Shown: piece by piece, positions 1 to 9,876 of the stretch
How positions within the stretch are numbered: position 1 is the stretch's first letter
How the letters are laid out: every line of letters begins with the position of its first letter
Source: an uncultured bacterium
GTDB taxonomy: Bacteria > Oederibacteriota > PGYV01 > CAWJRG01
Length of the DNA stretch: 64,000 nt
Direction of reading: 5' to 3'
NCBI GenBank assembly: GCA_963845185.1
Contig: CAWJRG010000005.1
Coordinates: 192,001-256,000 of the forward strand
Made by a program: the position numbers and the translations under genes
The notes under the pieces: generated by a model
Databases searched by the model: none
Seen by the model: the letters and a program-made list of their open reading frames with translations, nothing else
Told to the model about the DNA's origin: nothing

Positions 1-1
1 C

Positions 2-535
2 ATGGCCAGGACAAGGGTCCTGGGCATGGCAGGAGTGCTCGACACGTACAGGTTTTATCATTACGTGCAGAACGTGCTGAACACTTCCTCAAAAAATATT
101 TATTCTGTTATGCTCGGCTCCCACGGCGACACCATGGTTCCTGTAATTTCCAAGACCTACGTAAACGGCAAAAAGATATCAGCTTCGCTTGCAGAAACCA
201 ATATAAACGAGCTTGCCGAAAAAGCAAGAAACGGCGGCGCCACTATCGTGTCGCTTTTAAAAACCGGCAGCGCTTATTACGCGCCTGCCGCGTCTACGGT
301 TAAAATGCTGGATTGCATCATAAACAATACCGGAACAATACTTCCCTGCTCAATTTGCGCCAAGGGTGAATACGGCATAAACGATATCTGCATAGGCCTG
401 CCTGTACTTCTGAATATACGCGGCGCTTCTAAAATCATGGAGCTCGCGCTCGAGCCTGGCGAAAAAGACGCGCTGCTTAAATCCGCCGCGGCAATTAAAG
501 AGCAGGTGGACAAAATCACCCCTCTCATCTCATAA
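2..535 (+). CDS. mdh: Malate dehydrogenase (LDH/MDH family), C-terminal part; begins before the window
   Basis: GMAGVLDTYRF, LGSHGDTMVP, GGATIVSLLKTGSAYYAPA motifs of LDH-like MDH; abuts fumarase genes. Confidence 0.9.
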   Translation: MARTRVLGMAGVLDTYRFYHYVQNVLNTSSKNIYSVMLGSHGDTMVPVISKTYVNGKKISASLAETNINELAEKARNGGATIVSLLKTGSAYYAPAASTVKMLDCIINNTGTILPCSICAKGEYGINDICIGLPVLLNIRGASKIMELALEPGEKDALLKSAAAIKEQVDKITPLIS

Positions 536-1372
536 ATGCGCATAATAAAATCCGCAACAATAACCGAAGCTGTAAAAAAGCTTGCGCTTGATACTGCTTA
601 TTTCCTCCCCCATGATGTAGTCCAATCTTTGAAATTTTTTGCCGGGCAGGAAACAAACAAGCGCGCAAAAACCATGCTTTATAAAATAATCGAAAACCAC
701 AAGCTTTCCAAAAAAGGCACATATCCCCTGTGCCAGGATACCGGCATGGCTGTCATATTCCTGGAACTCGGCGACGAGGTGAAAGTCGAAGGCGACATTT
801 ACGCAGCTATTAACGAAGGAATAAAGCAGGGTTACGGCCAGGGATGCCTCAGGAAATCAATCGCAGACCCAATAAACAGGCATAACACAGGTACAAACAC
901 ACCTGCCATAATACATATTGAAATAATAAAGGGCACAACTGTAAAAATATATTTAATGGCAAAAGGCGCTGGTTCAGAAAATAAATCAGCCTTGAAAATG
1001 ATGACTCCTTCAGCAGGCATTGACGGCATCAAACAATTTGTCATTGACACGGTAAAATCAGCAGGCGCGTCTGCCTGCCCTCCATATATTATAGGCGTGG
1101 GCATAGGCGGCAATTTCGAGACAGCTCCTCTCCTGGCCAAGAAATCCCTCTTAAGGGAAATAGGCCTGAATAATAAGAATAAAGAGACTGCAAAGCTTGA
1201 AAAGGAGCTTCTAAATGAAATAAATAAGTTGAATATCGGTCCCATGGGTTTTGGCGGCAAAACAACCGCGCTTAGCGTCCATATAGAAAAACTACCGTGC
1301 CATATAGCTTCTCTTCCGGTTGCCGTAAACATACAATGCCACAGCGCCCGGCATAAAATGGCTGGCATATGA
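536..1372 (+). CDS. Class I Fe-S fumarate hydratase (tartrate dehydratase family) alpha subunit
   Basis: PLCQDTG, KGAGSEN, ACPP, GPMGFGG, CHIASLPVAVNIQCH motifs. Confidence 0.92.
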   Translation: MRIIKSATITEAVKKLALDTAYFLPHDVVQSLKFFAGQETNKRAKTMLYKIIENHKLSKKGTYPLCQDTGMAVIFLELGDEVKVEGDIYAAINEGIKQGYGQGCLRKSIADPINRHNTGTNTPAIIHIEIIKGTTVKIYLMAKGAGSENKSALKMMTPSAGIDGIKQFVIDTVKSAGASACPPYIIGVGIGGNFETAPLLAKKSLLREIGLNNKNKETAKLEKELLNEINKLNIGPMGFGGKTTALSVHIEKLPCHIASLPVAVNIQCHSARHKMAGI

Positions 1373-1896
1373 AAAAAATATCAGCGCCCCTGGATAATAA
1401 AACAATCGTTGATTTAAAAACAGGGGATGAAGTCTTTATTTCAGGCGTGCTTTACACCATGCGTGACGCGGCTCATGAACGCGTAATAGATATAATAAAT
1501 GCAGGCAAAAAACCGCCTTTTGATCTTAACAACCAGGTTGTTTATTACTGCGGCCCCACTCCTGTAAAACCCGGGAATATAATTGGCTCGTGCGGCCCGA
1601 CAACGTCAGGCAGGATGGATAAATACACGCCAAAACTCCTTGAGCTTGGCTTAAAAGGCATGATAGGAAAAGGCATCCGCTCTGAAGAAGTAAAAGATGC
1701 CATTAAAAAATATCAGGCAGTTTATTTTTCCGCGCTCGGCGGCCTCGGTGCAGAATACGCCCTTACTGTTAAAAAGTCGGAAATCATAGCTTTCCCCGAG
1801 CTCGGCCCCGAGGCAATTTACAGACTGGAAGTCGCTGATTTTTACGCTATTGTCATCAACGATATTTACGGCAAGGATTATTATATTGAAAAGTAA
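1369..1896 (+). CDS. Class I Fe-S fumarate hydratase beta subunit
   Basis: RDAAH, YYCGPTP, GPTTSGRMD, GMIGKG, ELGPEAI motifs; ATGA overlap with the alpha subunit. Confidence 0.92.
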   Translation: MKKISAPLDNKTIVDLKTGDEVFISGVLYTMRDAAHERVIDIINAGKKPPFDLNNQVVYYCGPTPVKPGNIIGSCGPTTSGRMDKYTPKLLELGLKGMIGKGIRSEEVKDAIKKYQAVYFSALGGLGAEYALTVKKSEIIAFPELGPEAIYRLEVADFYAIVINDIYGKDYYIEK

Positions 1897-1906
1897 AAAT
1901 ATTTTT

Positions 1907-4900
1907 TTAATGAACCACGAATATCGTGCCTGTTTGCAATATATTGGAATTTAATTTAATTACGTAGTAATACACTCCCGGCGATATTGGATTGCCAAAT
2001 GAATTTTTTCCTTTCCAATACGCATCCGGCGTTTGTGCCGTCAATGAAACCACAAGTTCCCCTGATATTGTATAAATCTGTACGTCCGCGCCGATTGGCA
2101 AGTTGATGATTTTTAGCGCGCCTTCCACTGCTTTACTTAGGCTATACGGGTTGGGATAAACAATAATATCGCCGACAGGATAAGGAGTGGTTGTCGGGGT
2201 AATTGTGGGCGTTATTGTTGGCATGTGTGTCGAAGTCGGCGTCAATGTGGCTGTTTCGCTGACTATTGGTGTAAATGTCGGGCTCGGCGTGTTTGTGTAT
2301 GTCAATGTAACAATTTCAGTCATGGTTTGTGTTATTGAAGACGTTGCTGACAAAGTCTGCGTAGGAGTTGACGTCGTGGTAGCGCAACTTACAAACACTG
2401 TTCATGGTAATGATACCGGGCATGTCGTAGAACTGTCAGGCGACGACCCTGCCGGGAATATCGTCCCAAGACCAAAGGGGCAGGAGGGTGCAATTGGGGC
2501 TGTCAAACCTGGCCCTCCTTCGCTTTTATCGCCGTATGTTACTGTTATTTGACCTGTATTCGCAGCCAGGCCTGAAACTTCAATTATTATATTGTTTCCA
2601 CTTACACTTGAGCTGACAAGAGTTCCGCCGCTGACTGTAAGCGTAAAATATCCCGGGTCAGTAGCAGTCATGCTCGGCACACCCCACAGAGATGGTATAG
2701 TTATCATTAAAGTACCGTAACCCGGGCTTGCCGCCCACGTGGTCGGCCCGTTGATATAATTAAAAACAACCGTGTTCCCCGTGCTCCCTGAATAAATAAT
2801 CCCCGTAGGTACAGTTATGCTTCCGCTACCTTCGCCGCTACACTGCGTTGTTGTCACAATCGGCGTCACAGTAAACGCGGAGGTCGTAGTAAACGTATTT
2901 GTAGGCGATACTACAGGCGTCGGCGTGTAAGTCTGTGTTTCGGAATTCACTTCGCTTGCAGTGGGAGTCGGCGACTCTGTCTGTGTGCAGGTCAACGTGG
3001 GGCTTGTGCACGCGCCGAATTCCTGGATTCTGTAGTTATATGTATCCGCAACGTATATGTTACCGCTGCTGTCTACTGCTACTCCATAAGGCCAATTAAA
3101 CTGCCCAATGCCGCTTCCATTATTACCCCATTGGGTTATATATGTTCCTGCACTGTTGAACTCTTCAATTCTACTATTAGCATAATCTGCAATATACGCA
3201 TTTCCGCTGCTGTCTATTGCTATCCCAGTAGGATTCCATAACTGCCCGTTACCGCTTCCAGGGCCACTACCCCATTGTGTTATATATGTTCCTGTACTGC
3301 TGAACTTTTCAATTCTATTATTAATCTTATCTGCAACATACACGTTTCCGCTGCTGTCTATTGCTATTCCCCAAGGACTATTAAACTGCCCATTGCCGCT
3401 TCCATAACTGCCCCATTGTATTATATATGTTCCTGTATTACTAAATTCTTCGATCCTATTATTTTGATTATCTGTAACATATACATTTCCGCTGCTATCT
3501 ACTGCTAATCCAGCAGGGCCATTAAACTGTCCGTTGCCGCTTCCTAAACTACCCCATTGAGTTATATACGTACCTGCACTGCTAAATTCTTCGATCCTGT
3601 TATTATTATTATCTGCAACATACACGTTTCCACTGCTGTCCACTGCTATACCAATAGGAGCAATAAACTGTCCGTTACCGCTTCCAGTACTTCCCCATTG
3701 TGTTATATATGCGCCCGTACTGCTGAATTCCTGGATTCTGTTAATTTCTGCAATATACACGTTTCCGCTGTTGTCTACTGCTACTCCTTCAGGCAAATTA
3801 AACTGCCCATTGCCGGTTCCTTCACTGCCCCATGTCGTGATAAAACAAGGCGTGGGCCCTGATACTAAAGTGGCAGTGTATGTTGGCGTAATCGTGGACG
3901 TGTTCGTAGGCGACAGAAAAGGCGTCTCTGTTGATGTATTAGTACCGGTTCCAGTTGGCGTAGCACTTACCACGGTGCACGTAGCACTCACTGCAACAGT
4001 GAGCGTAGTCGAAGCTGTCGCCGTAGGTGTAGGGCTTACGCACGCGCCGAATTCCTGGATTCTGTTATTATTCTCATCTGCAACATATATGTTTCCGTTA
4101 CTAGCTACTGCCACACCAACAGGCTCATTGAACTGCCCGATGCCGCTCCCACTACCACCCCATTGTGTTATATATGCCCCCAAACTGCTGAATTCCTGGA
4201 TTCTGTTATTATTGGTGTCTGTAACATAAACATTTCCACTGCTATCTACTCCCACTCCTGCAGGATAATTAAACTGTCCCGGGTCGCTTCCATAACTGCC
4301 CCATTGGGTGATATATATTCCTGTACTGCCGAATTCCTGGACTCTGTTATTGCCTTCGTCTGCGACATATACGTTTCCGTTGCTGTCAACTGCTAATGCA
4401 TCTGGCCAATAAAACTGCCCGTTACTGCACGAAGGGCAGATTCCCAAACCACCCCATTGAGTTATATAATTGCCTCCGGACGTAAATTTTTGTATCCTGT
4501 TGTTGCCGCCATCCGCCACATACACATTCCCGCTGCTGTCTACTGCTACCCCATCAGGCCGATCAAACTGCCCGTTGCCGCTTCCACTAACACCCCATTG
4601 CGTGATGTACGCGCCAGTACTGCTGAATTCCTGGATCCTTTCATTACTCTCGTCTGCAACGTACACGTCTCCGTTGCTGTCTGTTGCTATTGCTTTAGGC
4701 CAGTTAAACTGCCCATTGCCGGTTCCAGCACTTCCCCATTGTGTTATGTATGTACCTGTACTGTTGAATTCTTCGATTCTGTTATTAGCCGTATCTGCAA
4801 CGTACACGTTTCCGCTGCTGTCTATTGCTACTCCAAAAGGACTATTAAACTGCCCGTTGCTGGTGCCGCCACTCCCCCATTGTGTTATATAACAAGGTGT

Positions 4901-6017
4901 CGGCCCGGATGTTAAAGTGGCAGTATATGTCGGAGTTATCGTGGACGTGTTCGTCGGTGTCACCACAGGCGATGGCGTGTCTGTCTGCGTCGGTGTCACC
5001 GTTTCTGTCTCTGATAATACCTTAGTTTCAGTTGGCGTAGCACTTACCGTGCACGTGGCACTCGCCGTAGGCGTTGCTGACAACGTCGGCGTTGGGCTGG
5101 TGTAGGGGCCGAATTCCTGGATTCTGCTGTTATCAAAGTCCGCGACGAACACATCCCCGCTGCTGTCTACCGCCACTCCAGCAGGATAATAAAACTGCCC
5201 ATTGCCGCCTCCCTGGCTGCCCCATTGGGTCAAATATGTCCCTGTATTGCTGAATTCTTCAATTCTGTCGTTCGGCATGTCCGCGACATACACATTCCCG
5301 CTGCTGTCTACTGCCACTCCCCAAGGGCCGCTAAACTGACCGTTGCCGGTTCCCTGGCTGCCCCATTGGGTGATGTATGTGCCTGTACTGCTGAATACCT
5401 CGACTCTGTAATTGTTATAGTCCGCGACATACACATTCCCGCTGCTGTCTACTGCCAGGAAAGTGGCGGCCCTAAACTGCCCGTTGCCGCTTCCCAAACT
5501 TCCCCATTGGGTGATGTTTGCGCCTGTACTGCTGAATTCCGCAATTGTAGCATTGCCTTGGTCAACAACATACACGTTGCTGCTGCTGTCTACTGCCACT
5601 CCAACAGGCATATTGCTATCGGCCCATTGTGTTATATATGCCCCCCGTGCTGTCGAATTCCTGGATATTGCTGCTTTCTTCATCTGAAACATAAACGTCT
5701 CCGCTGCTATTTACCGCTATATCAACAGGCTCCTTAAACTGCCCGTTGCCGTTTCCGTAACTGCCCCACTGCGTGATGTATGTTCCTGTGTTGTCGAATT
5801 CCTGGATTCTGTTATTTTCCCAATCCGCGACATACACATATCCGTTGCTGCCTACAGCTACTCCGTAAGGATATTGAAACTGCCCGTTGCCGGTTCCATA
5901 ACCTCCCCAGCTGCGGATGAAACTGGGCGGATTAACTGCAAATGAATTATTTGCCGCGAAAATGAATGTTGACAGCAACAGTGTTGTGATTATGTTTTTT
6001 GTTATTCTTCTGCCCAC
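1907..6017 (-). pseudogene. Secreted multi-NHL-repeat (beta-propeller) protein with Thr/Pro linkers and C-terminal YPNP sorting-type domain; interrupted by a +1 frameshift (C6 at 5641-5646) and an in-frame TGA (2402-2404)
   Basis: ORFs 5616-6017 (signal peptide and first NHL repeats), 2402-5692 and 1907-2398 join into one gene; repeats GQFxxPxGVAVDSSGNVYVADxxNxRIQEF; removing one C restores EFDSTGAYITQW; 1907-2398 is in frame with 2402-5692. Confidence 0.8.
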
Positions 6018-6139
6018 CTGAAATACTCCTTTAAAAATGAAGGCTACTAGCTCCCTTATTTACTATTTATACCACATGATTGGCTCAATAACAATTGCTA
6101 ATATCCGGAAAGCCGCCTGCCAATACATGCTAACTAAAT

Positions 6140-6199
6140 AAAAAAAGGGGCAGGCCAAGGGGGTTTGGAGGGGTAATTGGGGGGATAAGGCCTGCCCCT
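6140..6199 (-). terminator. Intrinsic terminator downstream of TetR gene with a long C-rich loop
   Basis: 11-bp stem aggggcaggcc (6146-6156)/ggcctgcccct (6189-6199); the A-run at 6140-6146 gives a U-tract on the minus strand. Confidence 0.75.
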
Positions 6200-6217
6200 G
6201 GTATTTATATTTCAGCT

Positions 6218-6787
6218 CTATCTTTTGTATAATCCGTAAAAAAGCACGTTCAGCATGACATCGAGTTTCTTTTCCATGTCTTCCTGCTTTTCCGTTGCCC
6301 AGTAATATTCCATTGTTTTCATGTTTGCCGTAAGCGTAAAAACCACAAGGTCAATATCCTTGATATCAAACATGTTTTTATCCATTCCCTCTTTTAAAAT
6401 TCCCTTTATCGTTGTTAACTCGTTGTCCGAATAATTGTTGTAAATCTTTTGTACAGAACTGTAATATTCAATATATTCTTTTTTAAAAGTGCTGAATAAA
6501 CTCGCGAACCTGTTTACAACTTTCATGCGGGTCAGGATATAAGCGCGCAGTTTCTTGTCCGGCGATGTCTCCTTTTTTATTGCTTCTTCTATTTCATTTT
6601 TCAGCGAACCGAGGTCTTCCCTCACCACGGTTTCAAATATGTCTTCTTTCGTGTTAAAATAATGGTAAATTGTGCCCTTGCCCAGGTGTGCTTCTTTCGC
6701 TATTTCCCCGACAGTTGTCTTGCGCATCCCGTATTTGCCGAACATCTGTTTTGCGGTCTTTATGATCGTGTCTTTTGTATCTTTCAT
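6218..6787 (-). CDS. TetR/AcrR family transcriptional regulator
   Basis: N-terminal HTH FGKYGMRKTTVGEIAKEAHLGKGTIYHYFNTKEDIF; SD at 6791-6797. Confidence 0.93.
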   Translation of the reverse strand: MKDTKDTIIKTAKQMFGKYGMRKTTVGEIAKEAHLGKGTIYHYFNTKEDIFETVVREDLGSLKNEIEEAIKKETSPDKKLRAYILTRMKVVNRFASLFSTFKKEYIEYYSSVQKIYNNYSDNELTTIKGILKEGMDKNMFDIKDIDLVVFTLTANMKTMEYYWATEKQEDMEKKLDVMLNVLFYGLYKR

Positions 6788-6797
6788 CTTTCCCCCT

Positions 6798-7013
6798 TAG
6801 ATAGCGTTTATTTTGCCCAGCCAAAGGCGCAGGCAAAATCCACAGGACTGCATGCCGTAAGTTTTTGTTTCACAAAAACAACGGTCTGCAGTATTACGCT
6901 ATCTTAGTACCCGCTCAAGTCACGGGCTTTAGCCAGTCAAATAATCCAGTGGATTATTTGACTGGTAGTTTCCATAAGTCATCATATAAAAACTACCCAG
7001 ACAAGCGGTACTA
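6798..7013 (-). repeat. Two-hairpin dispersed element, copy 1 (longest; nested palindromes in both arms)
   Basis: + strand agatagcgtttattttgcc...ggcaaaat...attacgctatct then tagtacccgctcaagtc...gacaagcggtacta; matches copies at 12619, 40169, 51636, 59438. Confidence 0.85.
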
Positions 7014-8777
7014 TATTGCTTCTTTTAGTTTTTTAAGCTCACTCGAAATCTCAGCCGGCATCCTGTTGCCGAACTGCCCGAAATATTTTTCGATTTCCTG
7101 TGTTTCCTGTTTCCACTCATCCGGCTTTATCTCGTATAGTTTCTTCCATTTTTCTTCTGTGTAATCAAGGCCGGATAGATCCATATCCTTGTAATCCGGC
7201 ACCAGACCTATAGGCGTTTCATTTGCCTTTACTCTGTTGTTTTCCCTGTCCAGTATCCATTTCAAAACCCTGATATTGTCGCCGAATCCCGGCCACAGAA
7301 ACTTGCCGTTTTCATCGGTCCTGAACCAGTTTGCACTGTATATCCTCGGCGGGTTTTTGATTTTTTTGCCCATTGCGAGCCAGTGACCGAAATAATCGCC
7401 CATATTATATCCGCAGAAAGGCAGCATTGCCATTGGGTCCCTGCGTATGACGCCCAACTGCCCGGCTGACGCGGCAGTTGTCTCTGAACCGCTTCGCGCC
7501 GCGCTGAATACGCCGTTTTGCCACGAGGTAGACTCCACAATCAAGGGGATTGCTTTTGTCCTTTTACCGCCGAATATCATTGCGGAAATAGGCACGCCTT
7601 TAGGGTTGTCGAATTCCTTTGAAAGGCTCGGGCAGTTATATGCCGCCACAGTGAAGCGCGAGTTCGGGTGCGCTGCTTTTCCCTCGCTGCCCGGCTCCCA
7701 TTTTTTTCCCTGCCAGTCAATCAGGTTTGCCGGCCTTTCGCCGTCAAGCCCTTCCCACCATGTTTCATTCGTATCCGGGCTGTAAGCCGTGTTTGTGTAA
7801 AGCGTTGGATAAAATCTTTTTGTTTTTAGAGTCTTCATCATGTTCGGGTTTGTCTTCATGGAAGTGCCCGGTGCGACTCCAAAATAACCTGTTTCAGGGT
7901 TCACGGCCCACAGCCTGCCGTCCGGCCCTATGTTCAGCCATGCTATGTCGTCGCCTATGGTCCAAACTTTATATCCCGGAAGAGCTGATTGCAGCATGGC
8001 AAAATTCGTCTTTCCGCATGCGGACGGAAATGCGGCTGCAACATAAGTTACTTTTCCCTGTGGGTCCTCCACGCCTATTACTGCCATGTGCTCGGCAAGC
8101 CATCCCTCGTGAAATCCCTGCCATGATGCTATGCGCAAAGAAAAACATTTTTTGCCGAGCAGGGCGTTGCCGCCATAGCCCGAGCCAATGCTCTGGACAA
8201 GGTTTTCATCCAGAAAATGCATTATAAACCTTTTATTAGGGTCAAAATCTCCTACCGAATGCAGGCCTTTTACAAAATCCGTCGAGCTGCCTATTTTTTT
8301 AATAACTTTTTTGCCCATGCGCGCCATTATCCTGATGCTCACTGCCACGTATGAAACATCGGTAAGCTGCACGCATGCTTTGGCATAAGGCGAGTCCGGG
8401 TGTCCCATCATGTAAGGCAGCACGTACATTGTCCTGTCCTTCATGCAGCCGTCAAACAATCCGCGCATCCTATGTTTTGCTTCGGCCGGGCTCATCCAGT
8501 TGTTGTTTGGGCCGGCTGTTTCCTTGTCGTCATGGCATACAAAAGTCAGGTGCTCTGTCCTTGCTACATCGGTCGGATGGCTCTTATGGTAATATGAATT
8601 CGGCCAATTTTTCTGGTTTAATTCCCTGAATATTGGCGTGCCTTCTATTTTTTCCTCTTTAATCCCTATTTCAACCAGTTTGTGCGCTTCTTTTTCAGAG
8701 CCGTCGCACCAGTGTATTTTTTTCGGCTTTGTCAAAGCTGCCTGTTCTTCAACCCATTTCTCAAGTGGTGTAGCCAT
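7011..8777 (-). CDS. pckG: Phosphoenolpyruvate carboxykinase (GTP)
   Basis: DVART, GSGYGGNALLGKKCFSLR, AFPSACGKTN, GDDIAW, HPNSRF, RRDPMAMLPFCGYNM motifs. Confidence 0.97.
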   Translation of the reverse strand: MATPLEKWVEEQAALTKPKKIHWCDGSEKEAHKLVEIGIKEEKIEGTPIFRELNQKNWPNSYYHKSHPTDVARTEHLTFVCHDDKETAGPNNNWMSPAEAKHRMRGLFDGCMKDRTMYVLPYMMGHPDSPYAKACVQLTDVSYVAVSIRIMARMGKKVIKKIGSSTDFVKGLHSVGDFDPNKRFIMHFLDENLVQSIGSGYGGNALLGKKCFSLRIASWQGFHEGWLAEHMAVIGVEDPQGKVTYVAAAFPSACGKTNFAMLQSALPGYKVWTIGDDIAWLNIGPDGRLWAVNPETGYFGVAPGTSMKTNPNMMKTLKTKRFYPTLYTNTAYSPDTNETWWEGLDGERPANLIDWQGKKWEPGSEGKAAHPNSRFTVAAYNCPSLSKEFDNPKGVPISAMIFGGKRTKAIPLIVESTSWQNGVFSAARSGSETTAASAGQLGVIRRDPMAMLPFCGYNMGDYFGHWLAMGKKIKNPPRIYSANWFRTDENGKFLWPGFGDNIRVLKWILDRENNRVKANETPIGLVPDYKDMDLSGLDYTEEKWKKLYEIKPDEWKQETQEIEKYFGQFGNRMPAEISSELKKLKEAI

Positions 8778-8915
8778 GGTTTTGCTCCTTTTTATAAGAT
8801 ATCTTGTTGTATCTTGCGTAATTATTTATTATTGGGATAGAAAAATACCAAAAAATATTGATAAAGTCAATCTAAAAGGCTTTACTGAAAACGAGTTTTT
8901 CAGAAGGACGAATAA

Positions 8916-9329
8916 TTACTTTTTACCCATCTTTTCCTTGAGAAATTTCCCCATTTTTACGTCTATGTTTTGAATGTGGTCGATCAGCCACCTGTATAAT
9001 TCTTTCTCGGTTTCTATTACTACATGCAAATAGTTTTCTGTCGAATTAATATCGGCCTTTAATTTCTGCACTTTTTTCTTGAATTCTTCGTGTTTGGCCT
9101 TATGTTCTTCAAAACCCGGATAATAATAATCCAGCATGTACCTCTGTTCCGTGGAAAAATGAATATCAGAATACTGATCCAGAAAACCTATTACCTGGCC
9201 TATTTTTTCCTTGCTCTTTGCTTCAGCCATCGAGTCCAGGAGGTCATTTAAGACGCCTATAAACTGTTTGTGCTGGTTGTCAATCTCTTCTATGCCTATT
9301 GAAATATCCTCGGTCCATTGCCTCTTCAT
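8916..9329 (-). CDS. Single-domain bacteriohemerythrin
   Basis: W..DISIGIEEIDNQH, HFSTEQ, YPGFEEHKAKH, WLIDHIQNID di-iron ligand pattern. Confidence 0.9.
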   Translation of the reverse strand: MKRQWTEDISIGIEEIDNQHKQFIGVLNDLLDSMAEAKSKEKIGQVIGFLDQYSDIHFSTEQRYMLDYYYPGFEEHKAKHEEFKKKVQKLKADINSTENYLHVVIETEKELYRWLIDHIQNIDVKMGKFLKEKMGKK

Positions 9330-9351
9330 AATTGCACCTCGTAAAAAAACT

Positions 9352-9453
9352 GTTTAATGTTAAAAGTTGGATGTTTAAAGCTTAAGCTTTTCAACCTTCA
9401 ACTGCCGTATTGCCCTATTAAGGGTAGAGTTCAGAGCTTACAGTTTAGAACTC
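9352..9453. repeat. Degenerate 7-nt tandem repeats forming inverted arms
   Basis: tttaatg-ttaaaag-ttggatg-tttaaag ... ttcaacc-ttcaact, then agagttc-agagctt-acagttt-agaactc. Confidence 0.55.
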
Positions 9454-9456
9454 ATT

Positions 9457-9876
9457 TTACACATCAATTATAATCTTTGTCTCATAATAGCCTTTATTTT
9501 TCTTTAACGCGAGGCTGTTATAAGTCACGCTTTTTAATTCCTCGATTATATAGTCCCCTGTCTTTTTATCAGGGTTTATATGCATGACAGCAGACAGCGT
9601 CATGTTTTTCAATGAAAAATTTTTTACAATTGCCGATTTTACGTATTTTTTCTTCACAAAAATATTGTAAAGTATTTCATTTAAAAAGTCATGCAGCAGT
9701 TCTTCGGCAGAATCGCCTTTGAACCGGACATTGCGCCGGATTTCATGCCCACTGCTTTTTTGCAGGCACAACCCTATTATCGCGCGGACCGCAAGATTAA
9801 AAACGCCCCGCAGGCTCTTTGCCCTGATTTCAACTCCTATGTCAGCTGTGTGGTTGAGTATTTTAATATTTCTCAT
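9457..9876 (-). CDS. Archease (RtcB activator family)
   Basis: N-terminal HTADIGVEI, ELKSVTY, C-terminal IIIDV; TGATG overlap with upstream gene. Confidence 0.88.
   Translation of the reverse strand: MRNIKILNHTADIGVEIRAKSLRGVFNLAVRAIIGLCLQKSSGHEIRRNVRFKGDSAEELLHDFLNEILYNIFVKKKYVKSAIVKNFSLKNMTLSAVMHINPDKKTGDYIIEELKSVTYNSLALKKNKGYYETKIIIDV

Noticed and set aside
2402..2404. Alternative genetic code with TGA as sense
   Set aside because: Many conserved genes end in TGA with ATGA overlaps and no other internal TGA is seen.
6654..7164. ORFs 6654-6836, 6662-6907 and 6865-7164
   Set aside because: They overlap TetR, pckG and the palindromic element; no coding signal.
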